NCBI GenBank assembly: GCA_963758495.1
Contig: CAVWVI010000004.1
Span: 64,001 to 128,000, forward strand
DNA length: 64,000 nt
Origin: Oligoflexia bacterium
GTDB taxonomy: Bacteria > Bdellovibrionota > UBA1018
Reading direction: 5' to 3'
Shown: piece by piece, positions 18,519 to 28,791 of the stretch
Layout of the letters: the number at the start of each line of letters is the position of its first letter
Position numbering within the stretch: the first letter of the stretch is position 1
Made by a program: the position numbers and the translations under genes
The notes under the pieces: model-generated
Database searches by the model: none
Told to the model about the DNA's origin: nothing
The model's input: the letters and a program-made list of their open reading frames with translations, nothing else

Positions 18519-21161
18519 ATGGTGGGTAAGAAAAAGGATCTTGTCTATCGGCACACTGAACTATTGTTCCAATTCGCTCAGGCTCCGACCGAGACCATAC
18601 CCCGGTTCCTGAGGACCAGTAGAAGGGGCTTGACCGATATCGAGGCCGAAAGACGACTCAAAGAGTATGGAACGAATGAAATCGCCCGCGAGAAAAGTGA
18701 TTCAGTTTTTAGTCTCATTTTCAAAGCGCTTTGGAATCCCTTTAATCTCCTAGTTTCTTCACTGGCCCTAGTTTCCTATCTTACTGGAGATTTAAGGGCC
18801 GCAATTTTAATGAGCGCCATGGTTGTACTGAGCGCTGGAATCACTCTATTTCAAGGATTTCGTTCTGGCCGTGCTGTCGACTCATTACGTGCGATGGTGA
18901 CTTCCAGCGCTACGGCAATACGTCGTACCGTCAGTTCAGAAAGTGATTCGCACCTCCCTGGAAGTCAACGTGAAATCCCAATGTCTCAGCTTGTTCCGGG
19001 AGATATTATACGTCTATCCGCCGGCGATATGATCCCAGCAGACGTTAGACTCCTCACAGCAAAGCACCTTTTCGTAAGCCAAGCTGGAGTTACAGGTGAA
19101 TCTCTTCCAGTCGAAAAATCTGCCGAGCCCTTTAAAACCATCACTCAAGATCTCGCTGAAATTCGCAATATCTGCTTCATGGGAACCAATATCGTAAGTG
19201 GTTCAGCAACGGCAGCTATCATCAAAACCGGAAGTGAGACCTTTGTCGGCTCACTTGCAAAGAGTGTAGTTGGACAGTCTGTCGTAACAAGCTTCGATCG
19301 TGGTATCCGCCGCTTTGTCAACCTCATGCTTATTTTTATGGCGGTTATGGTTCCACTCGTCTTTCTGATCAACGGTTTCACCAAGCACAATTGGTCTGAC
19401 GCCTTCCTTTTTGCGATTGCAGTTGCAGTCGGACTCACTCCAGAAATGCTGCCTATGATCTTGACCGTCAACCTTGCCAAAGGTGCGATGGCAATGGCAC
19501 GGAAGAAAGTGGTCGTCAAGAAACTGAATGCCATCCAGAACTTTGGTGCGATGAATATCTTATGCACGGATAAGACTGGGACACTCACACAGCATGAAGT
19601 CATCGTGGGTGGTTCAGTAGATGCGATGGGAAAAGATGATGCTACGGTCATGCATCTTGCCTATTTAAATAGTTTCTTTCAGACAGGACTCAGGAACTTC
19701 ATGGATGAGGCGGTTGTGCTGCACGTTCGGAACACGGCCCAAAATCTCACAGAGGGGCGCACTCTGCCTTATACTCTTATCGACGAGGTCCCTTTCGACT
19801 TCGAGAGAAAGTGCATGTCAGTACTTATCGAGCACAAAGATGGACTACGTCAACTCATTTGCAAGGGTGCGGTTGAGGAAGTACTTCAACACTGTGTGGC
19901 GTTTCAAACTCTTGGGACGCGTATACCCATGTGCACCGAGAAGCGAAATCATATCTATGAAACGGCGAAGGAATTGAACCGAAAAGGGCTACGAATTCTC
20001 GCAGTCGCGGTAAAGGAAATGCCATCGACTCAGGATGACTGCTCAGCCTCAGACGAGACCCATCTCACGCTTCTTGGCTATATCAGTTTCCTTGATCCAC
20101 CTACCAAAGATTCAGCACTTCTGGCAATACGTGCCTTATCGAACTACGGCATCGCCGTTAAGATTCTCACAGGTGACAATGAACGGGTAACCGCTCGAGT
20201 GGCAGCAGAAGTTGGACTTCCATCAGAAAAATTCCTTCTGGGTCATCAGATCGAAGGGATGTCTAACGACGAATTACGTCATGCCGTCGAAGAGATCACG
20301 ATCTTTGCAAAACTAAATCCTGCTCACAAACAGCGCATCGTTCAGGTACTACGAAAAGCTGGGTACGTCGTGGGTTTCTTAGGAGATGGGATCAACGATG
20401 CGCCTGCGCTTCGGGCTGCAGATGTAGGGATCTCGGTTAACAACGCAGTGGATGTGGCAAAGGAATCAGCCGATATTATCCTGCTCGAAAAAGACCTACT
20501 TGTCCTCGAAGAAGGGGTCGTGGAGGGAAGAAAGGTTTTTGGCAACATCATCAAATATATTAAAATGGGAGCAAGTTCAAACTTTGGAAATGTCTTTAGC
20601 GTTCTTGGTGCCAGCTGCTTCCTTCCATTTTTACCTATGATGCCAGTACAGCTTCTCACACAAAACTTCCTTTATGATATTTCTCAAGCCGGTATTCCGT
20701 TCGATCAAGTCGATCGAGAATATCTTGAAAAACCAAGACGCTGGGAAATCGGTGACATAGGACGCTTCATGCTCTTCATGGGTCCTATTAGCTCCCTCTT
20801 TGATTACGCTACCTTCTCACTCATGTGGTTCTACTTTGGTGCAAATCATCCCGAAATACAGAATCTATTTCAATCAGGGTGGTTCATCGAAGGGCTGCTT
20901 TCGCAAACTCTTATAGTACACATCATACGGACGAGAAAAATTCCATTCTTCCAAAGCAGGGCTTCCATTGCGTTAAGTCTGACCACTGCCTCCGTAATGA
21001 CAGCCGGCATCTGGATCCCTTTTTCTCAGTTCGGACGATCTCTCGGTTTTGTCCCACTTCCATGGGCTTATTTCCCTTGGCTCATCGTTATTCTCATGTC
21101 GTACTGCGTGTTAGCACAATTAGCGAAGACCTGGTTCATTCGAAAATTTGGATATAATTGA
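18519..21161 (+). CDS. mgtA: Magnesium-translocating P-type ATPase
   Basis: TGES, PEMLP, DKTGT, TGDN, GDGINDAP and ASSNFGN; MgtC gene immediately downstream. Confidence 0.93.
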   Translation: MVGKKKDLVYRHTELLFQFAQAPTETIPRFLRTSRRGLTDIEAERRLKEYGTNEIAREKSDSVFSLIFKALWNPFNLLVSSLALVSYLTGDLRAAILMSAMVVLSAGITLFQGFRSGRAVDSLRAMVTSSATAIRRTVSSESDSHLPGSQREIPMSQLVPGDIIRLSAGDMIPADVRLLTAKHLFVSQAGVTGESLPVEKSAEPFKTITQDLAEIRNICFMGTNIVSGSATAAIIKTGSETFVGSLAKSVVGQSVVTSFDRGIRRFVNLMLIFMAVMVPLVFLINGFTKHNWSDAFLFAIAVAVGLTPEMLPMILTVNLAKGAMAMARKKVVVKKLNAIQNFGAMNILCTDKTGTLTQHEVIVGGSVDAMGKDDATVMHLAYLNSFFQTGLRNFMDEAVVLHVRNTAQNLTEGRTLPYTLIDEVPFDFERKCMSVLIEHKDGLRQLICKGAVEEVLQHCVAFQTLGTRIPMCTEKRNHIYETAKELNRKGLRILAVAVKEMPSTQDDCSASDETHLTLLGYISFLDPPTKDSALLAIRALSNYGIAVKILTGDNERVTARVAAEVGLPSEKFLLGHQIEGMSNDELRHAVEEITIFAKLNPAHKQRIVQVLRKAGYVVGFLGDGINDAPALRAADVGISVNNAVDVAKESADIILLEKDLLVLEEGVVEGRKVFGNIIKYIKMGASSNFGNVFSVLGASCFLPFLPMMPVQLLTQNFLYDISQAGIPFDQVDREYLEKPRRWEIGDIGRFMLFMGPISSLFDYATFSLMWFYFGANHPEIQNLFQSGWFIEGLLSQTLIVHIIRTRKIPFFQSRASIALSLTTASVMTAGIWIPFSQFGRSLGFVPLPWAYFPWLIVILMSYCVLAQLAKTWFIRKFGYN

Positions 21162-21182
21162 CGGTGTTAGAAAGGATCATAA

Positions 21183-21884
21183 ATGAACGAAGACGTTACC
21201 TTTATAGTTGACCTTCTCCTTTCCATGCTACTGGGCTCTCTCATTGGATTTGAGCGACAGTGGCATCAACGCTTGGCTGGGCTCAGAACCAATGCCCTCG
21301 TTTGCACGGGAGCCTGTCTTTTTACCTGCTTTTCGAAAGTTGCTCAGACTTCAGATGAGTTGCGCGTGGCCGCTCAGGTTGTAACCGGAATCGGTTTTTT
21401 GGGAGCAGGAGTCATTATACGTGAAGGGTCCTCTGTTCGCGGACTCAATACGGCGGCTACTCTCTGGTGCTCGGCGTCCATCGGCACTCTTGCAGGGTTC
21501 GGTTACAGAAAATGGGCTTTAATCGGCACACTGAGTATCCTCACTTGCAATATTCTCCTTCGCCCACTTGCACTCAAGCTCTCTCGGCAAAATGTTGAAA
21601 CCGAGTCAGAGTTCCTTTACGTCATTCGGATCACTTGCGAGTCTAACGTGGAGGAGACTTTAGTGCGCACCCTCCTCCTTCAGGCGATCAGCACCAGTAA
21701 TTTAGTCTTAAAATCAATTGAGAGTGACAGAAATCTCTTGAATCATCCCGGACTGGAGATCCGCGCCGAGCTTTTTAGTGACTCCAAGCGTGATAGTGTG
21801 GTGGAGCAGGTCGTAAATCGCCTCAGCGTTGAAAAGGGCGTAAATAGCGTCAGGTGGAAAGTGGAGCGAGGGGAAAATGTTTGA
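21183..21884 (+). CDS. mgtC: MgtC/SapB family protein
   Basis: GFERQW...AGLRTNALV, RVAAQVVTGIGFLGAG, GLNTAATLW; C-terminal ACT-like domain. Confidence 0.92.
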   Translation: MNEDVTFIVDLLLSMLLGSLIGFERQWHQRLAGLRTNALVCTGACLFTCFSKVAQTSDELRVAAQVVTGIGFLGAGVIIREGSSVRGLNTAATLWCSASIGTLAGFGYRKWALIGTLSILTCNILLRPLALKLSRQNVETESEFLYVIRITCESNVEETLVRTLLLQAISTSNLVLKSIESDRNLLNHPGLEIRAELFSDSKRDSVVEQVVNRLSVEKGVNSVRWKVERGENV

Positions 21885-21989
21885 AAGAATCGACGCGCCG
21901 ACGCGATAGACTACTCGCCAAATGAGTACTGCATTGGATTAGCCTTTGGTGAGCCTTTTGCAATATATTGCGCCAAATGGAGCTTCACC

Positions 21990-23702
21990 ATGCATTATTT
22001 GGCTCTTGCCACTGATTATGATGGTACTTTGGCTACAAACGGCCAAGTTGAAAAAACTACAATCAAAGCACTTCAAAACTTCCGTCAATCTGGACGGAAG
22101 TTGATCCTCGTCACGGGCCGCCTCTTGGATGATCTCCTTCATATTTTTTCGAAGTATAATCTTTATGAGCTATTTGACCAAGTCGTCGCTGAAAATGGAG
22201 CTGTGCTTTATAGTCCCATCACAAAAAAAGAACGGCTCCTCACAGAAAGGGCGAACAAAGACTTTATTCGTGCGCTTGAAAAACAAAAACTGAAGCCATT
22301 GTCTGTGGGGCGTTCAATCGTCGCGACCTGTGAGCCAAATGAAGTGAATATTCTCGAGACCATTCGTAAGCTCGGCCTCGAACTCGAGGTCATCTTTAAT
22401 AAGGGAGCTATTATGGTTCTTCCTGCCGGCATTAACAAGGAAACGGGACTGAAGTCTGCGCTCTCTGAAATGGGCCTTTCTCTTCAAAACGTGGTGGCTG
22501 TAGGTGACGCCGAAAATGATCATGCATTCCTCAAGCATTCGGGATGCTCCGTAGTGGTAGCAAATGCTATTGATTCACTCAAGGCAGAGGCCGACTTCTG
22601 CACAGCGAAATCAGAAGGTCCAGGTGTTATTGAACTCATTGAAATGATCTTAAAAGATGATCTTCAAAAAATCTCTCGAAAGATCAACCGACATCAAGTG
22701 TTGATTGGCAAAAATAGCGAAGGTAAAAAAATTCGTTTTAATCCCCATTATTCCTGTGCTCTCTTAGCGGGTCCTTCAGGAAGCGGTAAGACCACTGCGA
22801 CCACAGCAATTCTGGAACGAGTGTTCGAAAAGGGTAATCAATTCTGTGTAATCGATCCAGAGGGAGATTATCAAAATTACCCATTTTCCGTTCCCTTAGG
22901 GGGGCCCCACGATGTTCCTAGAATTGATGAAATCATTAACTTACTTGAACACTTTGAAAATCCAGTCGTGAATCTTCTAGGTATCTCCTTGATGGATAGG
23001 CCCGCCTTTTTTGCGAGTCTGCTCATAAAACTTCAAGAGTTTAAAATGCGAACTGGACGCCCACATTGGATCGTAATTGATGAAGCTCATCACCTTTTTC
23101 CTAAAAAGTCTGATCTATTTTCTACTATCCCTTCCAATCTATTTTCTGGTTCTTTACTGGTGACCGTTCATCCTGATAAGGTCTCAAGCGCCATCCTTTC
23201 AAAAGTGAATTTGATCTTAACTCTAGGAGATTCGCCTCGTGAGACTATTGGACAGTTTGTCGAAGCACGAGGAGGTCAAACCCCATTCATACCTCAACGC
23301 AAAATGAAAACGCTGAATGCTGTAGCTTGGTTTTGTAATGAAGGTGAAAACCCTTTTTACCTTCGAGTTGAGCCAGGAACATTCGAACATGACCGTCATC
23401 GACGAAAATATGCTCATGGCAATCTTGAGGAAGATTCATTTTATTTTCGAGGTCCAGAAAATAAACTCAATCTTCGTGTGCCAAATTTAGAACTCTTCAT
23501 TTTGATTGGAAAAGGCGTTGACGATGATACTTGGCTTTTTCACTTAAAGAGACATGATTACTCACGGTGGATAGGTAAAGCAATTCAGGACAATGACCTA
23601 GCTAGTAAAATAGAATGGATTGAAAGTAAGAAATTTTCACCCCAAAAAAGCCGAGACGAAATTTTTACACTCATAGAAAAGACTTACACGGCTAATTCTT
23701 GA
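21990..23702 (+). CDS. HAD-IIB hydrolase fused to a P-loop ATPase domain
   Basis: DYDGT, VTGR and GDAEND (HAD); GPSGSGKT, IDPEGDY and IDEAHH (HerA/DUF87-like ATPase). Confidence 0.82.
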   Translation: MHYLALATDYDGTLATNGQVEKTTIKALQNFRQSGRKLILVTGRLLDDLLHIFSKYNLYELFDQVVAENGAVLYSPITKKERLLTERANKDFIRALEKQKLKPLSVGRSIVATCEPNEVNILETIRKLGLELEVIFNKGAIMVLPAGINKETGLKSALSEMGLSLQNVVAVGDAENDHAFLKHSGCSVVVANAIDSLKAEADFCTAKSEGPGVIELIEMILKDDLQKISRKINRHQVLIGKNSEGKKIRFNPHYSCALLAGPSGSGKTTATTAILERVFEKGNQFCVIDPEGDYQNYPFSVPLGGPHDVPRIDEIINLLEHFENPVVNLLGISLMDRPAFFASLLIKLQEFKMRTGRPHWIVIDEAHHLFPKKSDLFSTIPSNLFSGSLLVTVHPDKVSSAILSKVNLILTLGDSPRETIGQFVEARGGQTPFIPQRKMKTLNAVAWFCNEGENPFYLRVEPGTFEHDRHRRKYAHGNLEEDSFYFRGPENKLNLRVPNLELFILIGKGVDDDTWLFHLKRHDYSRWIGKAIQDNDLASKIEWIESKKFSPQKSRDEIFTLIEKTYTANS

Positions 23703-24055
23703 GGTTCATTTCGCGACAAGTTCAGCGAGTGAAAGGCCGTGGTCCCATTGCTTTGTAATCAGATCCTATAGAAGGGAGCTATGGCAACGGCTGCCTCCTC
23801 GCTCTACTGTAGGACCTGTGCAATTAAAGGGAGAACCAATTCAACGTCTCAGTACCCCAATCCTTCTCAAAGGAAACCAAACGAGGCTCTCCTTCCCTAT
23901 TGAGGATCCCGATCCCGATCCCGATTTATTGCAAAGGCGGTTCTTGAAATGTCTCACCCGCAGCGAAGCCTAAGCCCCGCCATGACTGCTCTCGAAGTGC
24001 GCAGAGTTGAGCTTGATTGCAGTCTGGGCCACACTGAGTCTTGGCTTGTCTGGAG

Positions 24056-24787
24056 CTAAGTGCGGCCACAGATCTCCTGATAAGCTGGAGGTTCAGTCCG
24101 GGCATCGTCTTGCCGATAGCCAATTAGCCTGAGCTTTCTAAGGAGTGGAAACGTCTTGCTATAATTTTTATCGTATTTGACCCGAGCTCTGATTTTAGGA
24201 AAAAATTTTCCGCCATCTGAATACACGGCTTCTACAGTTCCATCGCCACCATATTCGTGGAAAACTCTGGAACCCTTTTCGTAGGAACCAAAAGAAGGAA
24301 TCTCTTTAAATAATTTATTAATTCTTGAATATCCAGTACTACCGTCAGTTAATCGAACCGAGGCCCATCCTCCTGAATAAATATTTTTTATTGATCCAAA
24401 ACTGGTGACCTTTAAAAGTGTATAATCGCGCGGCCCACAATTCATGTCCGTCCATGATGTAAAACCAGTGCTGAAATTCCCATGGACTTGGTTATTCACT
24501 TTAAATCCATTATAAGACGGGATCAGTTTGTGCAATTGCCGCATATTTATTATGCGTATTTTACCATTTCTGAGGGTGATCTTGGCTTTTCCGTTAGAGT
24601 ATGCTTCTAACACCGTTGATTCAGCCCGGTAGCGTTCATAACGGTAGAAGTAGCTCACCGTACGATCAATTAACACGCTGTCCGTAAAATCATAGAACAC
24701 TTTATCGCCTGTCTTCACCTTGCCCGCAAAGGCCGTGGACGCCATCACAAAAAATGCTAAAATAATTCCAAAGTTAAATTTATTCAT
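24056..24787 (-). CDS. Secreted protein with three SH3/Tudor-like beta repeats
   Basis: Signal peptide; three units of G.(K/R)V...(G/S)T(V/I)..(A/I)YS.G...V.....L.K.IPS. Confidence 0.55.
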   Translation of the reverse strand: MNKFNFGIILAFFVMASTAFAGKVKTGDKVFYDFTDSVLIDRTVSYFYRYERYRAESTVLEAYSNGKAKITLRNGKIRIINMRQLHKLIPSYNGFKVNNQVHGNFSTGFTSWTDMNCGPRDYTLLKVTSFGSIKNIYSGGWASVRLTDGSTGYSRINKLFKEIPSFGSYEKGSRVFHEYGGDGTVEAVYSDGGKFFPKIRARVKYDKNYSKTFPLLRKLRLIGYRQDDARTEPPAYQEICGRT

Positions 24788-24986
24788 ATTTTATTTCTAG
24801 TAAAACCGTCTATTTTGATTACATGCGTTATACGCCATTTGTTCCAAATATTATATTTAATGTCAAGCATGTATTTAAAATTTGCCAACGACTCCAGTGG
24901 GGTTGCTCACTCAGCTTCTTGCCTGGAAGTTCGTGCGAATCATCTAAACAGGAAAGCCTTACTTAATCACAAGCGGAGCTATGGAT

Positions 24987-25802
24987 TCACCGAAGCAGAT
25001 TGGCTTTGACCACGCGGTCAAACACCTTTTGATAGGCCCTGGCCGAAAGTAGGCGTTTGAACGCCCATGCCAGTTTTCCTTCTGAGTGAGTCAGAATAAG
25101 AAAATCGCGCTTTTGAACTCCCCTGTAAATCAGGTCGGCAACTTCCGAGGAACTTTTCTTCGCTTGGGTCACGAGTCTTTTCGCAAGCTGCTCATTTATG
25201 GCATCGGATGAACGCAGATTTTCGGTCAAGTGCGTCCGGAAAAAACTAGGACAGGATACGGAAATACCGATTCCGTCTTTCTTTAATTCAAAAGCCAGTG
25301 TTTCAGAGAGAGCAACGACTCCTGCCTTGGTCGCGTTATAGGGAGCCATGAATGGAGGGTGTACAAGTCCGGCCATCGAGGCGATGTTTACGATGTGACC
25401 ATGACCTTGGCGTTTGAAAATGGGGATGAAGGCTTTGCATCCTCTTACGACTCCCAGAAGATTGATATCAATAATCCACTGCCAATCCGCAAGAGGGGTG
25501 TCAGCAACCCAGCCACTCACTGCGACTCCAGCATTGTTAATGATCACATCAACACCATTCCAATTCTCTTCGAGCCACTTTGAGGCGGAAACCAAATCTG
25601 ATTCCTGGGTCACGTCACAGAGAAGAAAATGTGAGTGAACACCCAAGACCGAAAGATCCTCACAGATTCTTCGCCCGCGCTCCTCTTGAATATCTCCGAC
25701 ACAAACCTTCCAACCCGCCTTTGCGTATCTTAATGCGAGAGCCTGCCCAAGCCCGCTGGCTCCTCCCGTGATAAATATCCGTCGAACCTCATTGTGTGAC
25801 AT
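24987..25802 (-). CDS. Short-chain dehydrogenase/reductase
   Basis: TGGASGLG, NNAG, YNATK. True start MSHNEV overlaps the monooxygenase stop codon. Confidence 0.9.
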   Translation of the reverse strand: MSHNEVRRIFITGGASGLGQALALRYAKAGWKVCVGDIQEERGRRICEDLSVLGVHSHFLLCDVTQESDLVSASKWLEENWNGVDVIINNAGVAVSGWVADTPLADWQWIIDINLLGVVRGCKAFIPIFKRQGHGHIVNIASMAGLVHPPFMAPYNATKAGVVALSETLAFELKKDGIGISVSCPSFFRTHLTENLRSSDAINEQLAKRLVTQAKKSSSEVADLIYRGVQKRDFLILTHSEGKLAWAFKRLLSARAYQKVFDRVVKANLLR

Positions 25803-27252
25803 GATAATTTCCCTTTCGAAAGGACAATACGGTACGCCTGAAGCTACCCACCGAACCTGGCCAAAGCGACGAGTTGCGACCCGTCCTATCCAAGTACCAG
25901 CTCTTGCATCCACCCGAAAGCCACACGGTTTCCCTCGAGCTTCGATCCACTTCCTGAATGAATTGCTTTTCGGCTCCCGCGCGCACCTCAATCGACCGAA
26001 AGTTATTTTCAGTTGCGTAGCGTAGCGATTGAATCATGTGCTCAATCTGCGCTTCGATCATCAGAACCACCGAGTTGTGACCCAAGCCCGTGTTGGGTCC
26101 AAGGAGAAAAAATAAATTCGGAAAACCGCTGCAGGAAGCTCCTAAAAAAGCTTGAGGGCTCCCACCCCACTTCTTCTCGAGAGAGGTCCCCGACTTTCCG
26201 TAAACCTGTTTCGCAAAGGCGCACTCAGTGACTTTAAATCCCGTTCCAAGGATAATGGCGTCGACCGTTCGTTCAACCCCATCAGAGCCGATGATAGACG
26301 TCGCTTTCACTTCACGAATCCGCTCAGTAACGACCTCTACGTTCTTTTTCGCCAGGGCCGGGTAATAATCATTGGAGAGAAGCACCCTCTTACAGCCGAT
26401 GGTATAGTTCGGAATGAGTTTATTCTGAAGCTCTGGATCATAAATGGCCTTTTTCAGATGCCTGACAGCAAATAGTCTCCCTAGCCCGATCCATCTTTTG
26501 TTCCGAAAGGTCACCCCAAATAGCTCACGAATCCAATAGTAGCGAATTCTCGAAAGCTTCTGCAAAGCAGGAAACATCTCAAATAGTTTACGTTCGTATT
26601 TTCGGATCGGACGATCCCCCTTCGGCAAGACCCATGGAGCCGTTCTTTGAAAAATGTGAAGACTTTTTACCTTAGGTTGAATTTCCGGAATAAATTGAAT
26701 GGCGGACGCTCCCGTGCCGACCACCGCAACTCGACGATCCTTCAGATCGTACTCATGGTCCCACCACGCGGAGTGAAACACCTTGCCTTGAAATCCGCTC
26801 AAACCGGGAATATCTTTGTCACCAGGGACCAAAGGCTCACTAAATGCTCCCAGTCCCATGATTAAAAAACGAGATGTCAGCATTCCCTTTGAAGTCTTGA
26901 TTTTCCATATCTGGTTTTGCTGATCCCAATACGCCTGCTGAAAGTCATGCCCAAAACAAACTTTGCGCCTGATGTCGAACTGATCCGCACAGCTCCTCAG
27001 ATACTTCCAGATCTCCTTTTGTCCCGAGAAGACCTGACTCCATTGCGGATTGGGCGCAAATGAAAAGGAGTAGAGATGCGATTCTACGTCACAAGCGCAG
27101 CCTGGGTAGGAGTTATCCCGCCAAACGCCGCCCAAGTCCATCGCACGCTCCAGAATGACAAAATCCTGAAAGCCATTTTGCTTGAGCCGGATCGCCATCC
27201 CAATCCCACTAAAGCCTGCTCCGACGATCACGATTTGATAGTCGGGGTTCAT
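25789..27252 (-). CDS. Flavin-containing (Baeyer-Villiger-type) monooxygenase
   Basis: GAGFSG, GGVWRDNSYPGCACD, FQGKVFHSAWWDH, GTGASA. Confidence 0.92.
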   Translation of the reverse strand: MNPDYQIVIVGAGFSGIGMAIRLKQNGFQDFVILERAMDLGGVWRDNSYPGCACDVESHLYSFSFAPNPQWSQVFSGQKEIWKYLRSCADQFDIRRKVCFGHDFQQAYWDQQNQIWKIKTSKGMLTSRFLIMGLGAFSEPLVPGDKDIPGLSGFQGKVFHSAWWDHEYDLKDRRVAVVGTGASAIQFIPEIQPKVKSLHIFQRTAPWVLPKGDRPIRKYERKLFEMFPALQKLSRIRYYWIRELFGVTFRNKRWIGLGRLFAVRHLKKAIYDPELQNKLIPNYTIGCKRVLLSNDYYPALAKKNVEVVTERIREVKATSIIGSDGVERTVDAIILGTGFKVTECAFAKQVYGKSGTSLEKKWGGSPQAFLGASCSGFPNLFFLLGPNTGLGHNSVVLMIEAQIEHMIQSLRYATENNFRSIEVRAGAEKQFIQEVDRSSRETVWLSGGCKSWYLDRTGRNSSLWPGSVGSFRRTVLSFRKGNYHVTQ

Positions 27253-27911
27253 ACGGATACTGCTATTCCAGCTAGAGCTTTAAGCTTCGTTAAGACGGAT
27301 CTGGCTACACCCTTCAAAATACCTGAGCCGCTAAACGCGAAGACAAGCTGCCGCAAGATTAATTTTCCCAATTCTTCACGGGAAATATTCCTACCCACGA
27401 GCCAGTCCTGACACGCACCCTCCGCAAAACCAATCCAGCCACGCAACGCGATTTTTTGATAATCAGTCGGGTGGTCGAGTCCCAGGGCATCCCAAAATAG
27501 TTGCATGATGCGCTCCCGAACAGACTCGATGATTCTCGAGACTTCGGGATCGACTCCCACACCGCTCTTGAAGAGGCTCAGATAAGCTTTTGAGTTCTCT
27601 TCCGCATATGTAAGATATTGATCAACGCTACCGCTTAGCTTCAGGATCGGGGAGACATTCTGCAGATTTTTTTCGAGCTTCTCGATCAGCTCCTCCGCGC
27701 CGGCACGTACAGTCGCTACATAGAAATCCTTTTTCGTGGGAAAATAATGATACAAAAGCCCCTTTGAAATTCCTGCTCTCTCCGCAATATCGGAAATCAA
27801 AAGAGCATCGTAACTGCACTCTCCGAACAGTTTTTTCCCGAGCTTTAACAAGTCTTCTCGTCTGGTATCGTTTTCAAGCCTAAGGCGAGGTTTGGGGTTA
27901 CTATTGACCAT
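27249..27911 (-). CDS. TetR/AcrR-family transcriptional regulator
   Basis: N-terminal HTH 'IAERAGISKGLLYHYFPTKKD'. Confidence 0.92.
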   Translation of the reverse strand: MVNSNPKPRLRLENDTRREDLLKLGKKLFGECSYDALLISDIAERAGISKGLLYHYFPTKKDFYVATVRAGAEELIEKLEKNLQNVSPILKLSGSVDQYLTYAEENSKAYLSLFKSGVGVDPEVSRIIESVRERIMQLFWDALGLDHPTDYQKIALRGWIGFAEGACQDWLVGRNISREELGKLILRQLVFAFSGSGILKGVARSVLTKLKALAGIAVSV

Positions 27912-27949
27912 AAGTCAATAGTATGCCATTATTGACTTATGGTCAATAG
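27901..27949. promoter_or_regulatory. Twin TetR operator sites (TATTGAC-N5-GTCAATA x2) in the divergent promoter
   Basis: CTATTGACCATAAGTCAATA (27901-27920) and TATTGACTTATGGTCAATAG (27930-27949) are exact reverse complements, and each is itself palindromic. Confidence 0.8.
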
Positions 27950-27961
27950 GAGTTCCTTATA

Positions 27962-28780
27962 ATGAATAAGCCCACGCCACGTAATATCAAGTTTCCGTTT
28001 CAAGAGGACGAGATCCCATGCCACTGGCTTGCGGAATCCGCCGTGGCCACTCACATGGCAAACTCATTGAATCTGCTTTTTCCAAAGGGCGAACGCTACT
28101 TTGTTCGAAGCGTAAGAGCGTACCTCACACAGATCAAGGACCCCGAGCTGAGAGAAGCTGTAAAAGCCTTCATGACTCAGGAGCACTTGCATGGCCGCGA
28201 GCACGAGCGTTTTTTCGAGCTTTTGGAAAAGCGAGGCTTTGAGCTGAAGCGCTATTTCGACTGGTATGAGCGTTTCGCATTCGGGCTCATTGAACCCCTT
28301 GTGTCGCCCAAGGTGCGACTCGCCACCACTGCGGCATTCGAGCACTACACGGCCATGTTCGCGGAAGCCATGCTTCAGGAAAGCGCCGTCATCAGACAAT
28401 CGCCACAGGTGATGAATGACCTTTTCAGATGGCATGCCTGCGAGGAGCTTGAACATAAAGCAGTTGCTTTCGACGTGCTTCAAGCCGTTGCACCCGGATA
28501 CCTGCTTCGTATCTTCGGACTGCTGATAGCAACAACCCTTTTAAGCACCCTCTGGATCACGGGCTCCATCATGTTATTCAGACAAGATCCGGCTGTGACG
28601 TGGCGGAGGATTTTCAACGATCTTAAGAGAGGCTTGAGGGAGGGACATTTTAAAACCTATCCCATTGTACGTACATTTGTGAGCTACCTTCGACCAGGCT
28701 TTCACCCCAACGATCGATCCCATAACGAGCCCCTAAAAAGAACGATCGCAGAAATCGAAGAACGATACGTGATAGCATGA
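27962..28780 (+). CDS. Predicted metal-dependent hydrolase (ferritin-like fold)
   Basis: FPKGERYF, QEHLHGREH, EHYTA, WHACEELEHKAVAFDV, YLRPGFHP. Confidence 0.85.
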   Translation: MNKPTPRNIKFPFQEDEIPCHWLAESAVATHMANSLNLLFPKGERYFVRSVRAYLTQIKDPELREAVKAFMTQEHLHGREHERFFELLEKRGFELKRYFDWYERFAFGLIEPLVSPKVRLATTAAFEHYTAMFAEAMLQESAVIRQSPQVMNDLFRWHACEELEHKAVAFDVLQAVAPGYLLRIFGLLIATTLLSTLWITGSIMLFRQDPAVTWRRIFNDLKRGLREGHFKTYPIVRTFVSYLRPGFHPNDRSHNEPLKRTIAEIEERYVIA

Positions 28781-28791
28781 GCAAGACACAC

